64,000 nucleotides of DNA from Macrostomum lignano (taxonomy: Eukaryota): NCBI GenBank assembly GCA_002269645.1, contig NIVC01003432.1, positions 33,936 through 97,935 on the forward strand, read 5' to 3'. Both the position numbers and the translations under genes were made by a program. The notes below the pieces were generated by a model. That model saw nothing but the letters and a program-made list of their open reading frames with translations, made no database searches and was not told the origin of the DNA. Positions 27,826 to 40,529 of this stretch are shown here, piece after piece. Within the stretch, counting starts at the first letter, position 1. Every line of letters starts with the position of its first letter.

Positions 27826-28189
27826 CACCGAGAATCTTAGCAATAATTCGAAAAGAAAACAAGAATACCTTTTTGTACTTTCAGGTTGCCAAATTATCCG
27901 TTGTCTTCGGGCACTTTGGCTCATTAAAGGCCGTCAATTGATAATTAATGCTCATTTTTCATCTCAGATTCCTCCTCTTCGATGAGGATGTTTCAGGATA
28001 TTTTTAGATAAAAACTTCGCAAATTAAGTGAATTATGTAAAACTCATAAATCAACTGAATACGTGATCTGGAATCCTGCTATTGAAATCAGATGGTTAGA
28101 TTAGTGAAATTTTATACCATAAGTAGCGAAGAAAGAAATTGGATTATTTCATAATTGAGTGCGACAAAACCATGAATAAATCGCTGAGG

Positions 28190-28785
28190 AGATAGGAGGG
28201 TGAGAGAGTAGGAAGAGAAGGAGGAAGGCTTGAAATGAAGGTGGGAAAAGAGAGAATGAGGGAGGGAGGGAGAGGGAGACACGGAGAGAAGGAGAGAGTG
28301 AGAGAGAGGGAGAGAGGGAGAGAGGGAGAGAGGGAGAGAGGGAGAGAGGGAGAGAGAGGGAGAGAGAGAGAGAGAGGAGGGCGCCTCCAATCTCGGGCAC
28401 TGACACGGTAGAAAGTCAGAAAGGACTGAAAAAAGTCAATTTAAATTGAGTAGCCGATATTTCGAAATTAAATTTCTTCGTCAGAGCTGTAAGAGAAGGA
28501 GAGAGTGAGAGAGAGGGAGAGAGGGAGAGAGGGAGAGAGGGAGAGAGGGAGAGAGGGAGAGAGGGAGAGAGGGAGACACGGAGAGAGGAAGAGAGAGAGG
28601 GTGAGAAGGAAAGATGGAGAGAGGGAGAGAGGGAGAGAGGGAGAGAGGGAGAGAGAGAGGGTGAGAAGGAGAGAGGGAGAGAGGGAGAGAGAGGGAGGGA
28701 GGGAGGGAGGGAGAGAGGGAGATAGGTAGAAAGGGAGAGGGAGAGAGGGAGACGGGGAGACAGGGAGACAGGGAGAGATGGGAGA
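28190..28785. repeat. Two GA-rich low-complexity tracts (28190-28380, 28490-28785)
   Basis: Direct. Confidence 0.9.
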
Positions 28786-28828
28786 ACTCCTACAGCAATA
28801 GCTGTTCATCATTATCACCATTTCACAG

Positions 28829-29359
28829 CAGGATCAGCTGAAGAGGACCGTCAGCAGTTCGGCTGGGATCCCCAGACCGGGTGAAATTTTCCCGAGCATC
28901 GCGGCTCCGGCTCGACTGCCACAGGATGGGGCCGAGGTCGATCACCTGCTCCTGACTGACTGCTTCGATGCCCAGCATCCATTGCTGCTTTTTATCTTGC
29001 CGCCATCGAAGCGGACCCAGCGCGATCATCTAGCAAACTCGGTGTTGCAAACTTTCTCCAATCGAGTTGACGAATTTACCAACTGTCGCCTGATTGGTCG
29101 ACTCTGTAGTCATGGTGACACCGAGGAACTCGGTGCGGTAGCTTTTCCAATACTGGTGGACCTGTCGGGTCGTGTTGATGGAGCCTGCGGACTCGGTGAT
29201 AACTCGACTGTCTGTGGAATTTTCGCTCTGAGCTGCGTGGATTTTGGAGGCGACAAGCGGGCGATTCTGCAGTGGTCAGCGCTGTTTGCCGCTGTTGATG
29301 GAGCTCTGAAACAGCCTGATGGATGGGTGGAGCTTGCGCTGAAGATGCTTTCTGGATGA
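28829..29359 (+). CDS. Terminal exon encoding a divergent peroxiredoxin (AhpC/TSA, thioredoxin-fold) domain lacking the peroxidatic Cys
   Basis: Acceptor tttcacag|CAG, phase 0; 176 codons open. By-eye alignment to 2-Cys Prx: PGEIFPSIAAPA~GKPAPDFKATA, LLTD~LSDY, LLLFILP~VVLFFYP, FSNRVDEF~FSNRAEDF, LGAVAFPILVDLSGRV~LGPLNIPLLADVTRRL, CGIFAL~RGLFII. Confidence 0.78.
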   Translation, partial: QDQLKRTVSSSAGIPRPGEIFPSIAAPARLPQDGAEVDHLLLTDCFDAQHPLLLFILPPSKRTQRDHLANSVLQTFSNRVDEFTNCRLIGRLCSHGDTEELGAVAFPILVDLSGRVDGACGLGDNSTVCGIFALSCVDFGGDKRAILQWSALFAAVDGALKQPDGWVELALKMLSG

Positions 29360-30593
29360 CAGCACAGCGAATTCGAAAAAGGTACAAATCGACTTTTGAG
29401 TTTTTGACGTCTTACAACTGAAGTTTGTGTCTTCAGTGGAATGATATTACGAACAAATTGTCTGCATATTTTATGTGCACAATAGTCAGCGGAGCCTGCA
29501 GCCCTCCTGCGTATTTTTAATTTATTCTGTGTGGTGGTTTCTCGTCTCAAAATAAATCGATAGTTAAACAGTTCGATTTCTTTTCCAGGGTGAACTGGGC
29601 TGCTCACACCAAGAAGAAACAAACCAAGGATTCACAGCTAGTGAAACCACTGCCTATACCGATCAGTCCCAGACAATACCTATTGTACGTACTTGAATAA
29701 ACGTTAAATTATCGAAGAGAGCTTATGAATTACACAATACATTTTCCTAGATGTGTTAGTCATGCGAGTAACTGAAGTCATTCCATTTTCATAAATTTTT
29801 CAAGTAGTTAGTCGGATTTAGAAAATATCAAGTAAGCAAAATGTGCATCAGCTTTCTTACCGCGCACTTTTATCGAATAATAGTCTATGTTTCATGCTAG
29901 AATTTCTCTCACGGATGGGCCGCATAGTGCCATAGACTAAAAAAATACACTTTAACAAACTTAGGTAAGGAACAGCTATAATAAGCTGTTTTTTAATTAG
30001 CGTTGACCCCTCCATGCATAAAGTTGACGATGACTTGTTTAATTTGGTTGGAGCGATTAAGGCGACGTGCATAAAATACATGTAATCGTGTTCCTTTGAT
30101 GCCAACAAACCAGGATGTTAACACTATCAATAAAATATTGATTATACTTAACGTCGTTACGATTCTGTTTATAGTTTTTTAACGAACAGTAACTAAATTC
30201 CCTCATCAGATAGTTGCTGCATTATATCGTAACGTAAATAACACCAGAAAGGTTCTCTCACTCTCGTAGTGTAAACTCGGTCCAACTCGATAAAACCAAT
30301 TGAGAATTCATCTCCAGATAAAAAACAACTGATAAAAGCGATAAAAGTACACAAGGTCAGATCAAAAATGAGCATCAACTAATAAATTACTATAGTCTAT
30401 GGCCGCAAGCATCGGACGCATTGAAACAGGGAAATTTACGCCATAGACTTGCGCATTTCACAGTCTATGGTCGCTAATGACGAACTGTTTTTCAGATCGA
30501 GAGGAGTGGGGGAGAATGAGAGGCGCTTAGATTCGAGGCAGCGGACACAAGTAGTTTACAAAAAATCTGCTCTCAGTGAAAGCCAAAGTCAGC

Positions 30594-31589
30594 ATGGCCA
30601 AGATTCTAATTTGCGGCTTGTGCAACAAAGTGTTTATTGCCGAGGTAAATCTGATCGAACATCTCAAAACTCATATACCATTAGCTATGCACGTGGCCTT
30701 AGCGGCCAAAAGTGGTAGCGCTTCGAGAAACAATGAAGGTCAACAAAACTTCGTCAGTCCTAGCGTGGCGGTCTGCACTATAAAGGTAACTGCTTAATTT
30801 TTTAATCACTTGCGAAAATTACGACAACCAATAGAATAGGAATCTGATTAAAGCTTCCGAATTATTTTCGAACACGACACCCAGGTGGAGATTTGCAACG
30901 CGTCTCTCTCAGACGGTTCGACGCCCATTAACCAGATCAGCCAGAGACAAGAACCAACCGGCTCAGAAAGTCAACAGATGCTCGATCAGCAAACCATTCC
31001 GTCTTTACCGCGTCGAATACCAGAGGACGCCATCCAGAGTCGAGAGCCCTGCCCGACTAGCGACCAAGTGAACGTGCTCCGTCTCCGCCGCTTGGTCGCC
31101 GCCAATCGCTACCGACGCAAAGTGGCCTTCGAGTGTCGAGTTTGTCGCCGACAATTTAACTATCAGACTGCCGCTACGAAGCACGCCAACCACTATCACG
31201 CCGCCGCCGCGCATAACCGGCCCAAGCCGTACAACTTTCGCCAGAGCGCCAACGCTGGTCGCGTCTTGCCAGCAAGACGAATTCAAGAGAAACGCATTGC
31301 CGCTAGAAAGCAACCGAAGCAGAATAAAAAAACTTTGCCAAGTCGCGATGCGGCCCGGCAGGCGGACTTGGTCGACATGGAGGCGGATGGCAACAACGAG
31401 GAGGCCGCATCTGACAACGAAGCCGACCGGTCGTCCAGCCGCGGAAACGAAATAGTCGCCGAAGAAGATGACGAAGTCGAGATGCAGCCAAGCTCCGCTA
31501 GTGCCGACAACCAGGCGACATCGCAGGCGCCTCCCCAATCCGTTGCGTCTATAATTGAAGCGGCAAGGACCCAGCAACAACAACAACAT

Positions 31590-31621
<32 letters not shown>

Positions 31622-32473
31622 GCAGCAGCAATTTCTGCATCAACAACTGTTGTTGTCGGCGGTACAAGCTGAACGACAACGACTTCAGATGGCAGTTGCA
31701 AGTAGGCAATTTTATTACTGGTACTTTACAGATTTATATATCCTTATTCAAGCCTTACTGTATCCCCACAAAAATCCCCCACAGCGACGTCCTCTACGGC
31801 GCAATTGGGTCAGCCATCGCGGATTCTGCCTTGCCCACACTGTCCGATGACTTTCACGGACATTGGCTTCCTGGCCAGGCACGTCCAACTGCACAACGAA
31901 CTGCAGAAACAGCAACCGCTCCTATTGCAACAGGCGTCGCAGAATTCCACGCAGCCGTCGCAGTCAGCCTTCGGTTCAATTCCAATTCCGGGTGGTTCGA
32001 TTCCTGTTTCTGTAGCGCCCTGGTTGACCCCAGCCAGACTGGCTCCAGCTTCCTCCTCTCAGCAGCAGCAGCCGCAGGCCAAAGGACCAGCACCTGCTGC
32101 ACCAACAACCAAAACGCAGCTCGTTAGTCGGCCAACCCCACTTCTACCGCCAATGCCATCGCATTCGCAAGCTCTGCTAATGAGTCGGCCGGCAGGACCT
32201 GGACTTCTGCGGCCGAGGCAGCCGTTGCCGATACCATTCACAGCGCTGACCGGTCTGCAGCAGCAGCAACAGCAACAGAAACTTCCAGCGGGATTCCTTC
32301 CTGCCAACTTCATCTATGGCGGCGTTCCCGCTAATAACCTGGCAGCTCAGCGTGCTCTGCAGCAGACGCAACTGACTCAGCAGTCGTTGCCAATGCGCCT
32401 CATGCCGAGTATTCGACCGCAGCCGATTCTGGCAGCTCGAGATCATACCGCCGCTCCATCTTCGTCCAAATGA
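30594..32473 (+). CDS. C2H2 zinc-finger protein, 3 exons (30594-30785, 30885-31701, 31785-32473), about 565 aa, three dispersed fingers, basic and acidic tracts, polyQ
   Basis: Fingers CGLC...HLKTH, CRVC...HANHYH, CPHC...HVQLH; donors AAG|GTAACT and A|GTAGGC; acceptors ccag|GTG and ccacag|CG; phases join without stops. Confidence 0.88.
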
Positions 32474-35001
32474 TTCTTGACTCGCTAAACCCTCCCCGTA
32501 TCTGACCATGCAGTTTACATTAGAACGAGTTTGGTTCTATTTGTTGATTGTTGATGAAAAACTCCTACTTGTGATGCTAAACCGACGCCCTCCTTATACT
32601 GTTCCCGTTATAGTTTTTTTTCATTTTCGTCTATTAATTAGTTCACACATTAAACTACTTGATAACAATCAAACGTATACTTATTTGCCCGCTTTTTGCA
32701 TTGATTGATTGATAATTCTATGGTTTGAATCCTAGCCAATTGTTTTGTTATACTTATTTAACATGAACTGTCGTGATTCAAAATGGGTAGAGCGACTTGG
32801 AGCGGATCATGTGACCTACCGAAGCTTCTTATGCATAGTTTAACCGACACATCCCATTGAAAGCAAGAAAAATAAGCATAATCTTTTAAACTCCGTTTTG
32901 AGAAAACACGACTGTACTCGTATGCTCGTCTATTTTCCTTCGAAAAAACATACATACCCTGGCCATAGACTATTAAAACGTGTTTATTTGGCCTGGACCA
33001 AATTTAGTCTATGGTAGAAAGCTCCACACACCCTGTAGTGACTGACGCGAAACCGAGATAATTTGCTGAGTAAGACTTCGGCCCCGACTTGGGCATTTAT
33101 TGATACGGCTCGTATATATTTATTTAAGAACCAACCTAAGGGTTCGATATTAGAGAAACGTACATCCGATTTCACGTACACCAACCTTGCACGTACAACA
33201 GCTCAATGTGCAATTGGACTAAAATAGCCCGCGCAGAGAATGAAGGTGACCGTGTAGAACAACCCAAATCTATGCTTTTTTCGCTTTTTTCCGTCTAATG
33301 TCTGTCTATGGGCAAGACCAAAACTACTGTCGCAGATAAAATATAGTATGCTTGGAAAAGAATCTTCTTTAGAAGTGATACCTTGAGCATAGCACAGAAC
33401 AAAATAGGGAGCATGGGTGTCGTTTAGACGATTTTTTTAATTATTGCAGTCATTGTGCCAAAAAATGAATCTGCAATCAAGGATATAAGGATGAATTTTT
33501 GACAGGGTAGCCAAGAGTCCAGGCGGAGACCGCTGTTCGCCTCCAGTCCCAGTGGAGTTTGTCTCCAGTCCAGATGCTAGTTAGAGCAGTCCATGGCATA
33601 TGCCCTCTACATGTAGTTTTGTCTTGTATCTCAAGGCTGCTGATCGTGGGGAGTCAAGAGGTCAACAGCTTAACACGATTGTGAGGTCAGGAAGAGCGGA
33701 GAAGCCCAAGGGTTTTGTGGCTCAAGTTGACCAACTGACACTGACTTACTCCTGCTTTATATATATTTCTTATGTTCATTGATATGCTGTGTTTTATATC
33801 TCTGTCGAAAGAGGAAGTTTCTTTTGAATTTCAAATCTGCGCGTTCGCGTCACTCGACAATTTTGGCCACAGACAGTCTGAATTGAATTTCATCTGTTTC
33901 AATAGAATCGGGACTTCGTTTAAATCCTCACTGAGAATTCATCTCACTCCAAAGCAAAGTAAAAAATTGAGTAGCTCGTGTGGATTTGTTAATCTTATTG
34001 CCGTCACATAACTAGAATTTATTCATTCCAGTGTAAAAGCTGTTTTGAATTATTGCTTGGCTCTCTTGAGACGGATCGCAAAGACGTGGCTATTTGTATT
34101 TTTTTATTTTGTTTATAACTCAAATTAGAGCCTCCTAATTCTGGGAGCATTTTTTCTTCGCATGCTACTTTTAACATTCAGTCAGTAGCCTCTTCGGGAC
34201 GCAATGACTCTTTCAACACAGCTTTTCATAAAATCTCTTTCCCGTTTTACAAACAATGCCATGACTATGCAAATGTACTTATGTTTTTTTACAATCTACA
34301 AGCGTATGCAGCTAAACGTACATTGAACGAACTAGAAAATTCCATGGATAGCCCGCGGCCATTCTTTGGGTTTTACGTGGATTTACCGACGCGATTTTTA
34401 TGTTTTGATACAAACGATTTCGGCAAAGATTCAATGTTTAATTCTTCCGACAAAAATTCAAGAAACACACTCAGCAACATTAAAAACCGCCAACCCTAGA
34501 GCACTGGCAGAGCGACTGACTTCAGCTCACAAATAACAAATGACACAAATAAGTATATCTTCATCGACTGAGATCGTAGCAAAGATGATTCAATGTATGG
34601 AAAGAGCAGAGAAAGGCGAGCCCGTGCATAGTGGTAAGTGACGGAATCCGCAAGCTATGTCTGCTAAAAGCTAAAGAATTTCTGCTAGCTAATACTGATT
34701 TCTGCAATTTCTGCTTTTGGAAGTCTAGAGCTTCTATTTCGTACTTATCTAAGAGCTTCTGTTTCTCTATGAACTCACTCATATCTAACAAGATGAACCC
34801 TTGTTTCTCAGAGAAAAGACAATCCTTGGTGGAAGACTCTGTTCTTGAGCCCTTGGGGTGGCAGCGCTGTGCTTGGAGAAAGGTGTTGTGCTTGGAGAAA
34901 GGATAAAATTAGCAACAAATCAGAAATTCGCCTTAGCCTAAAATTCTAAATAAGCGATTTGCAAAAAAACTCGAGCTGTTTTCAAGTTAGAAATGTTAGA
35001 G

Positions 35002-35245
35002 CAGGGGTAGGCAAACTCAGACCCGCTGCCACATGCGGCCCGCGGAAGGCCCCTCTATCCGGCACTCGGGTCTTTCGAAACTTCACAATAGCAATCTGGC
35101 CCGCTCAATGTTTGTGTCTCTTCTCAGCTCTCTTCTCTCCCTTCCCTCGTAAATATTTTCTCTGACCCTCTCCTCTCTATCTTCTTGCCTTCAGTCATGC
35201 ACTGGATTCTCTATCTGGCTTTGTGTTAGAGTTTGCCGACCTCTG
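35002..35245. mobile_element. Non-autonomous hAT-like MITE (244 bp)
   Basis: TIRs CAGGGGTAGGCAAACTC / CAGAGGTCGGCAAACTC (2 mismatches in 17); subterminal TGCGGCCCGCGG; 8-bp flanks match only 4/8 but both have a central TA. Confidence 0.62.
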
Positions 35246-36279
35246 TGCTAACTAAATAAAGAAGACTATAGCTAGGGTTAGGGCTGGTAGCTGGAGTGGG
35301 GTTAGGGCTCTTTGTCGAACAATTTCTCTCTAATCTGTCTGTCCGTCTGTCTCTCTGCCTGCACTGGTGACGTGGGTGAAATGAAATAGAATAGAATAAA
35401 CTCGTAGCGTTTCTCGTTTCTAAGAAAATAAAAGAAGGTGTATCGACTCTACTATTTTTAGTACGTCTCAAAACCATCAGATTTTCTCATTCCACTACTG
35501 TATGAAAACAACAGCCAACTTCACAATCCCAAAGCTTCATATACCTAAAACTTTTTGGCCAAGGGGTGCCAGCTGACGTCCTCTTTACTGGCAATTGTGA
35601 AAGTGTTGCACTTTCAATTGAGTCAACGTCATAGTATGATGTCCCACAATGATTTTTCGTGTCACACTGGTCCTGTACTAACTTTGTCGGTGTATCCTTC
35701 ATCCAGAAAAAAAGTTTGAAACGAAACCATTGAAAGCAAGAGTAAGGGAGGGAGTTGATGGGAATGTCTCTCTCAATGGAGTCATTGTCACATAGTCATA
35801 TAAAGCTTCTAAAGGTATATAGGCACCCTCAATCTTTCTACAGAACCGCCGAAGGCACTTTGTTTCGATGATGTGCTCGAGTAAAATGTGTCACTGCTCC
35901 CTGGTAGGTCCCTTATTTATTAGCGACAGTGCCGCCGATCCATTTCAAACTGTCACTGAGAAAGGTCATTTTGATCCCCTGTGAATTGTCTGTTCGGATA
36001 CTGCACATTAGTTTGCTGCAAAAGTGACATGTCACACATTTCTACAAGCGTATTTGCAGAATATGCGTCCACTCACCTGTCACTGCCTTGGTATCATGTG
36101 CCCCTTCTCGATCAAGCTCGTGACCATCCGTTGCACGGTTGCATGGTTGCACGGTCATCACGGTTTAACTTTAAATTCGATAAAGACTCCAAATCAACAG
36201 GCAGACTTTATTTTACCCGATCCAGTTTGCGAGAGTAATAGTGCTAATCAGGGGGGGGTAGTGTTAATCTAGGGATCTG

Positions 36280-36900
36280 GGGAGTGGTGCTAACCTGAAG
36301 GGAGTGGTGCTAATCTGAAGGGAGTAGTGCTAATCTGGAGGGAGTAGTGCTAATCTGAAGGGAGTAGTGCTAATCTGAAGGGAGTAGTGCTAATCTGGAG
36401 GGAGTAGTGCTAAGGAGGGAGTAGTGCTAATCTGGAGGGAGTAGTGCTAAGGAGGGAGTAGTGCTAATCTGGAGGGAGTAGTGCTAATCTGGAGGGAGTA
36501 GTGCTAATCTGAAGGGAGTAGTGCTAATCTGAAGGGAGTAGTGCTAATCTGAAGGGAGTAGTGCTAATCTGAAGGGAGTAGTGCTAATCTGGAGGGAGTA
36601 GTGCTAAGGAGGGAGTAGTGCTAATCTGGAGGGAGTAGTGCTAAGGAGGGAGTAGTGCTAATCTGGAGGGAGTAGTGCTAATCTGGAGGGAGTAGTGCTA
36701 AGGAGGGAGTAGTGCTAATCTGAAGGGAGTAGTGCTAATCTGGAGGGAGTAGTGCTAAGGAGGGAGTAGTGCTAATCTGGAGGGAGTAGTGCTAAGGAGG
36801 GAGTAGTGCTAATCTAGAGGGAGTAGTGCTAATCTAGAGGGAGTAGTGCTAATTTAGAGGGAGTAGTGCTAACCTGCGGGAGTGTTGCTAATCTGGGGAG
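36280..36900. repeat. 21-bp minisatellite (GGGAGTAGTGCTAATCTGGA/GAA) with an 18-bp deletion variant
   Basis: Direct. Confidence 0.95.
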
Positions 36901-37342
36901 GAATTGTTAGTTTGGAGCATTAGAGCATTTTTAGTCTCAAAAGGATAGGTGAAAAAACTGCTTAGAGATTACTGCAGAACTGTTTGGAGATCAGTGGCCA
37001 TCTGCTCAGGGATTATACACTGCTACCCGGAGTGGCATTAGCCACCCGGAGTGGGCAAAATGGCTAGTCAAGATAAATAATTTATTTCTGGTTTTATTTA
37101 ATTTTTTTTAAATATTATTTTATATTTTATTTTCTCTATGTTCTACGAGCTATTTTTTCAAAACACATTAGAATTACCTTGCATTAATACATGAATGCTA
37201 TGGTGGATACAAATACATGATTTTGTTAAGTCATAGGGGTCGGCAAAATACAGGTGTGCGGCCGCGTCTTGTCCATCTGCTACGGTACCTCGTCCAGATG
37301 AATTGGATTTGACCGGAGTGCGCCAGAGGTCCCCAATGTACT

Positions 37343-37569
37343 CTATCGACCATCGACCTTGGTGTTCGGTGGAGTTGTGCAGATGAAGTCTCGTTTGTTT
37401 GGCGTGAAGGCCACCAGCAGCATGGTATTCTCGTCAGAGATGGACCTACTGGTCACGGTTGCCCTGGAGTCCCCAGCTCCCAGCCAGCAGCGACTGTCTG
37501 CCTTGCTGCCCTTGCCACCCAGGTGGAGCCAGGTTTCATCCTCAACAACCAGACTGCAGTTTAGGATCC
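37343..37569 (-). CDS. Candidate terminal exon of an unidentified gene (ILNCSLVVEDETWLHLGG...KVDGR*)
   Basis: Acceptor ctcttcag|GG, phase 1; GC-rich 74-codon open frame; no family recognised and no partner exon assigned. Confidence 0.4.
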
Positions 37570-38252
37570 CTGAAGAGGCGGGGGATAGAAGCTCTCCGCT
37601 CGGATCACGTGCTCTACCAAGTCAATTACAAATTAATTTCGGGGTCACTCAAACATCAACATGCAAAATGCTGATTAAAATGGCCCTTTTAGTAATAACC
37701 TTACAGTTATACTTTACAATTGCTATATTTGAATATTAGAGTGAAATTCCATTCTCTATCTCACTGCTGTTTTCTGATTACTAAAGCATAGCATAAATTG
37801 TATTTAGCATCATAATATCCGAGCATAGCCATCATGGTGCAAGATTTCATGGTTGTCACTAAATGTGCCGTTTTAATCAGCCTTTTGCATTGATTTAAAA
37901 CTTCTGTTGCATTGAGCGATCCCTTAGAAATCTCATAGAGGGCTAATTTTTTATGAGTCATTCTTTTATCAAAAGGAGCATCCTTCTTAGAGTTAACTTT
38001 TCAAAACAATTACATTATTCTATGGCACTACCGCGAACCTGTCGTCCATGCCCGTCTGTGGACCGCAACGTCTGAGAGCGAGGTCTTTGGCGGTAGCCTG
38101 TTGCTCTAAGGAATCAACGAGGTTTCGAACAGGTCAGACAGGCCGTCCGCCTGTAGATTCTACTCTTGCGAGGAGTTTCTCGCTACCATGCTTCGGTCAT
38201 ACTTCGGCAATTCTGATGTGTTTTTTATGAATTTCTTTACTTTAAAAATGTA

Positions 38253-38468
38253 TTACAAATTGGCCGCTCCATAGTCAGCAACCTCAGTAGGACGCCGACT
38301 CATAATTTGCAGTAACTCAGCAAACAGGTTGGCAGAGCTGTCTCCGTCCTCCACCGGTTGCTGAGGTTGCTGTTGCTGCGGAAGCTGAAACAAAATTAGC
38401 AGAGGATCTGGATCGTCGTCCTCAACGACTTGCTGAGGCAGAGCCCCTTGAAAGAATGGCAAAGCCAT
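38253..38468 (-). CDS. Small Q/P/acidic ORF (71 aa from ATG), paralog of 46421-46639
   Basis: Acceptor ttctttag| about 40 nt upstream of ATG; by-eye similarity to the 46421 ORF (PDP/PNP, ED..S.N.F..LL, SR.P...VAD). Confidence 0.45.
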   Translation of the reverse strand: MALPFFQGALPQQVVEDDDPDPLLILFQLPQQQQPQQPVEDGDSSANLFAELLQIMSRRPTEVADYGAANL

Positions 38469-38604
38469 GATGTGACTTTTAACTTCCACCAGCTGGCTAG
38501 GATCTAAAAGAAAGAAAGCAGAATTACTGCTTATTGTTTATTGTAATTGTCTTCCAGCCTCTCTACCAGGGATCTCTGGATCTACTATCTAGGTTCTAGA
38601 TCTC

Positions 38605-39925
38605 TATGTCTCAAGTCACTAATCTCTCCATTCTGTACAAACTCTCAAGTCACTAATCTCTACATTCTGTATAAACTCTCAAGTCACTAATCTCTCCATT
38701 CTGTACAAACTCTCAACTTACTAATCTCTACATTCTGTATAAACTCTCAAGTCACTAATCTCTACATTCTGTATAAACTCTCAACTTACTAATCTCTCCA
38801 TTCTTTACAAACTCTCAACTCACTAATCTCTACATTCTGTATAAACTCTCAACTCACTAATCTCTACATTCTGTATAAACTCTCAAGTCACTAATCTCTC
38901 CATTCTGTATAAACTCTCAACTCACTAATCTCTACATTCTGTATAAACTCTCAAGTCACTAATCTCTCCATTCTGTATAAACTCTCAACTTACTAATCTC
39001 TACATTCTGTATAAACTCTCAAGTCACTAATCTCTCCATTCTGTACAAACTCTCAAGTCACTAATCTCTCCATTCTGTATAAACTCTCAAGTCACTAATC
39101 TCTACATTCTGTATAAACTCTCAAGTCACTAATCTCTACATTCTGTATAAACTCTCAAGTCACTAATCTCTCCATTCTGTACAAACTCTCAAGTCACTAA
39201 TCTCTCCATTCTGTATAAACTCTCAAGTCACTAATCTCTCCATTCTGTACAAACTCTCAACTTACTAATCTCTCCATTCTGTACAAACTCTCAACTCACT
39301 AATCTCTCCATTCTGTATAAACTCTCAAGTCACTAATCTCTACATTCTGTATAAACTCTCAAGTCACTAATCTCTCCATTCTGTACAAACTCTCAAGTCA
39401 CTAATCTCTCCATTCTGTATAAACTCTCAAGTCACTAATCTCTCCATTCTGTACAAACTCTCAAGTCACTAATCTCTCCATTCTGTATAAACTCTCAAGT
39501 AACTAATCTCTCCATTCTGTATAAACTCTCAAGTCACTAATCTCTACATTCTGTACAAACTCTCAAGTCACTAATCTCTCCATTCTGTATAAACTCTCAA
39601 GTAACTAATCTCTACATTCTGTATAAACTCTCAACTTACTAATCTCTCCATTCTGTATAAACTCTCAAGTCACTAATCTCTCCATTCTGTATAAACTCTC
39701 AAGTCACTAATCTCTCCATTCTGTATAAACTCTCAACTCACTAATCTCTACATTCTGTATAAACTCTCAAGTCACTAATCTCTACATTCTGTATAAACTC
39801 TCAAGTCACTAATCTCTCCATTCTGTATAAACTCTCAAGTCACTAATCTCTACATTCTGTATAAACTCTCAAGTCACTAATCTCTACATTCTGTACAAAT
39901 TCTCAACTCACTAATCTCCTCAACT
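38605..39925. repeat. 34-bp minisatellite (CTCTCAAGTCACTAATCTCTCCATTCTGTATAAA)n
   Basis: Direct periodicity. Confidence 0.96.
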
Positions 39926-40529
39926 CATTCCTTAAAGCTTGTCATTTTAAAGTAGATTTGGTTATGCAGTTCTACTTTCTATTTTACCTCGATATTGTAC
40001 TGCCATATTGGAGACAAAAGTCTCTTAAATCAGTCACATATCGTTGCTTAATAATGCATGGGCTATTCCACTTCCAAATTCACTTACGGGTGTCACAGCA
40101 CGCTTTGCTGTTGTTTGGTGATTGCAATAGTTTATTAAAAAAAGACACTTAACAATTTTTATAGCAGCTAAAACAGTAGAGGAGCTCAAGTGATCCGTAT
40201 TTATGCTTTGTGAGCTTGCGTTCGCAGGTTGGTTTCGCTCTCGCTATAAGGTACTAGCGTTGCCGCAAGAAGAAGAATAGCTAGAAGAACTGAGGAACTT
40301 CCTTCTCTTTTGTTATTTTGCCTGTAGCTTGTCTCAGATAACTGTGCACTCAAAACTGATCCTTGGCATCTCAGCAACTCCTCCTATGATATGAGTCACA
40401 GCATCTCAGCAATTTGCCTCATGAACCTTCATAACTCAAAGGCCCCCCCCTATGAACCCTAACATGTCAGAAATTCTCCGAATGAATTCTGAAAGAGCGA
40501 TTGTTTTCTAGTTGACAACCTTTGATGGT

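Noticed and set aside
38593-38612. 20-bp identity GTTCTAGATCTCTATGTCTC with 48877-48896
   Set aside because: Isolated match with no extension; probably a fragment of a dispersed repeat
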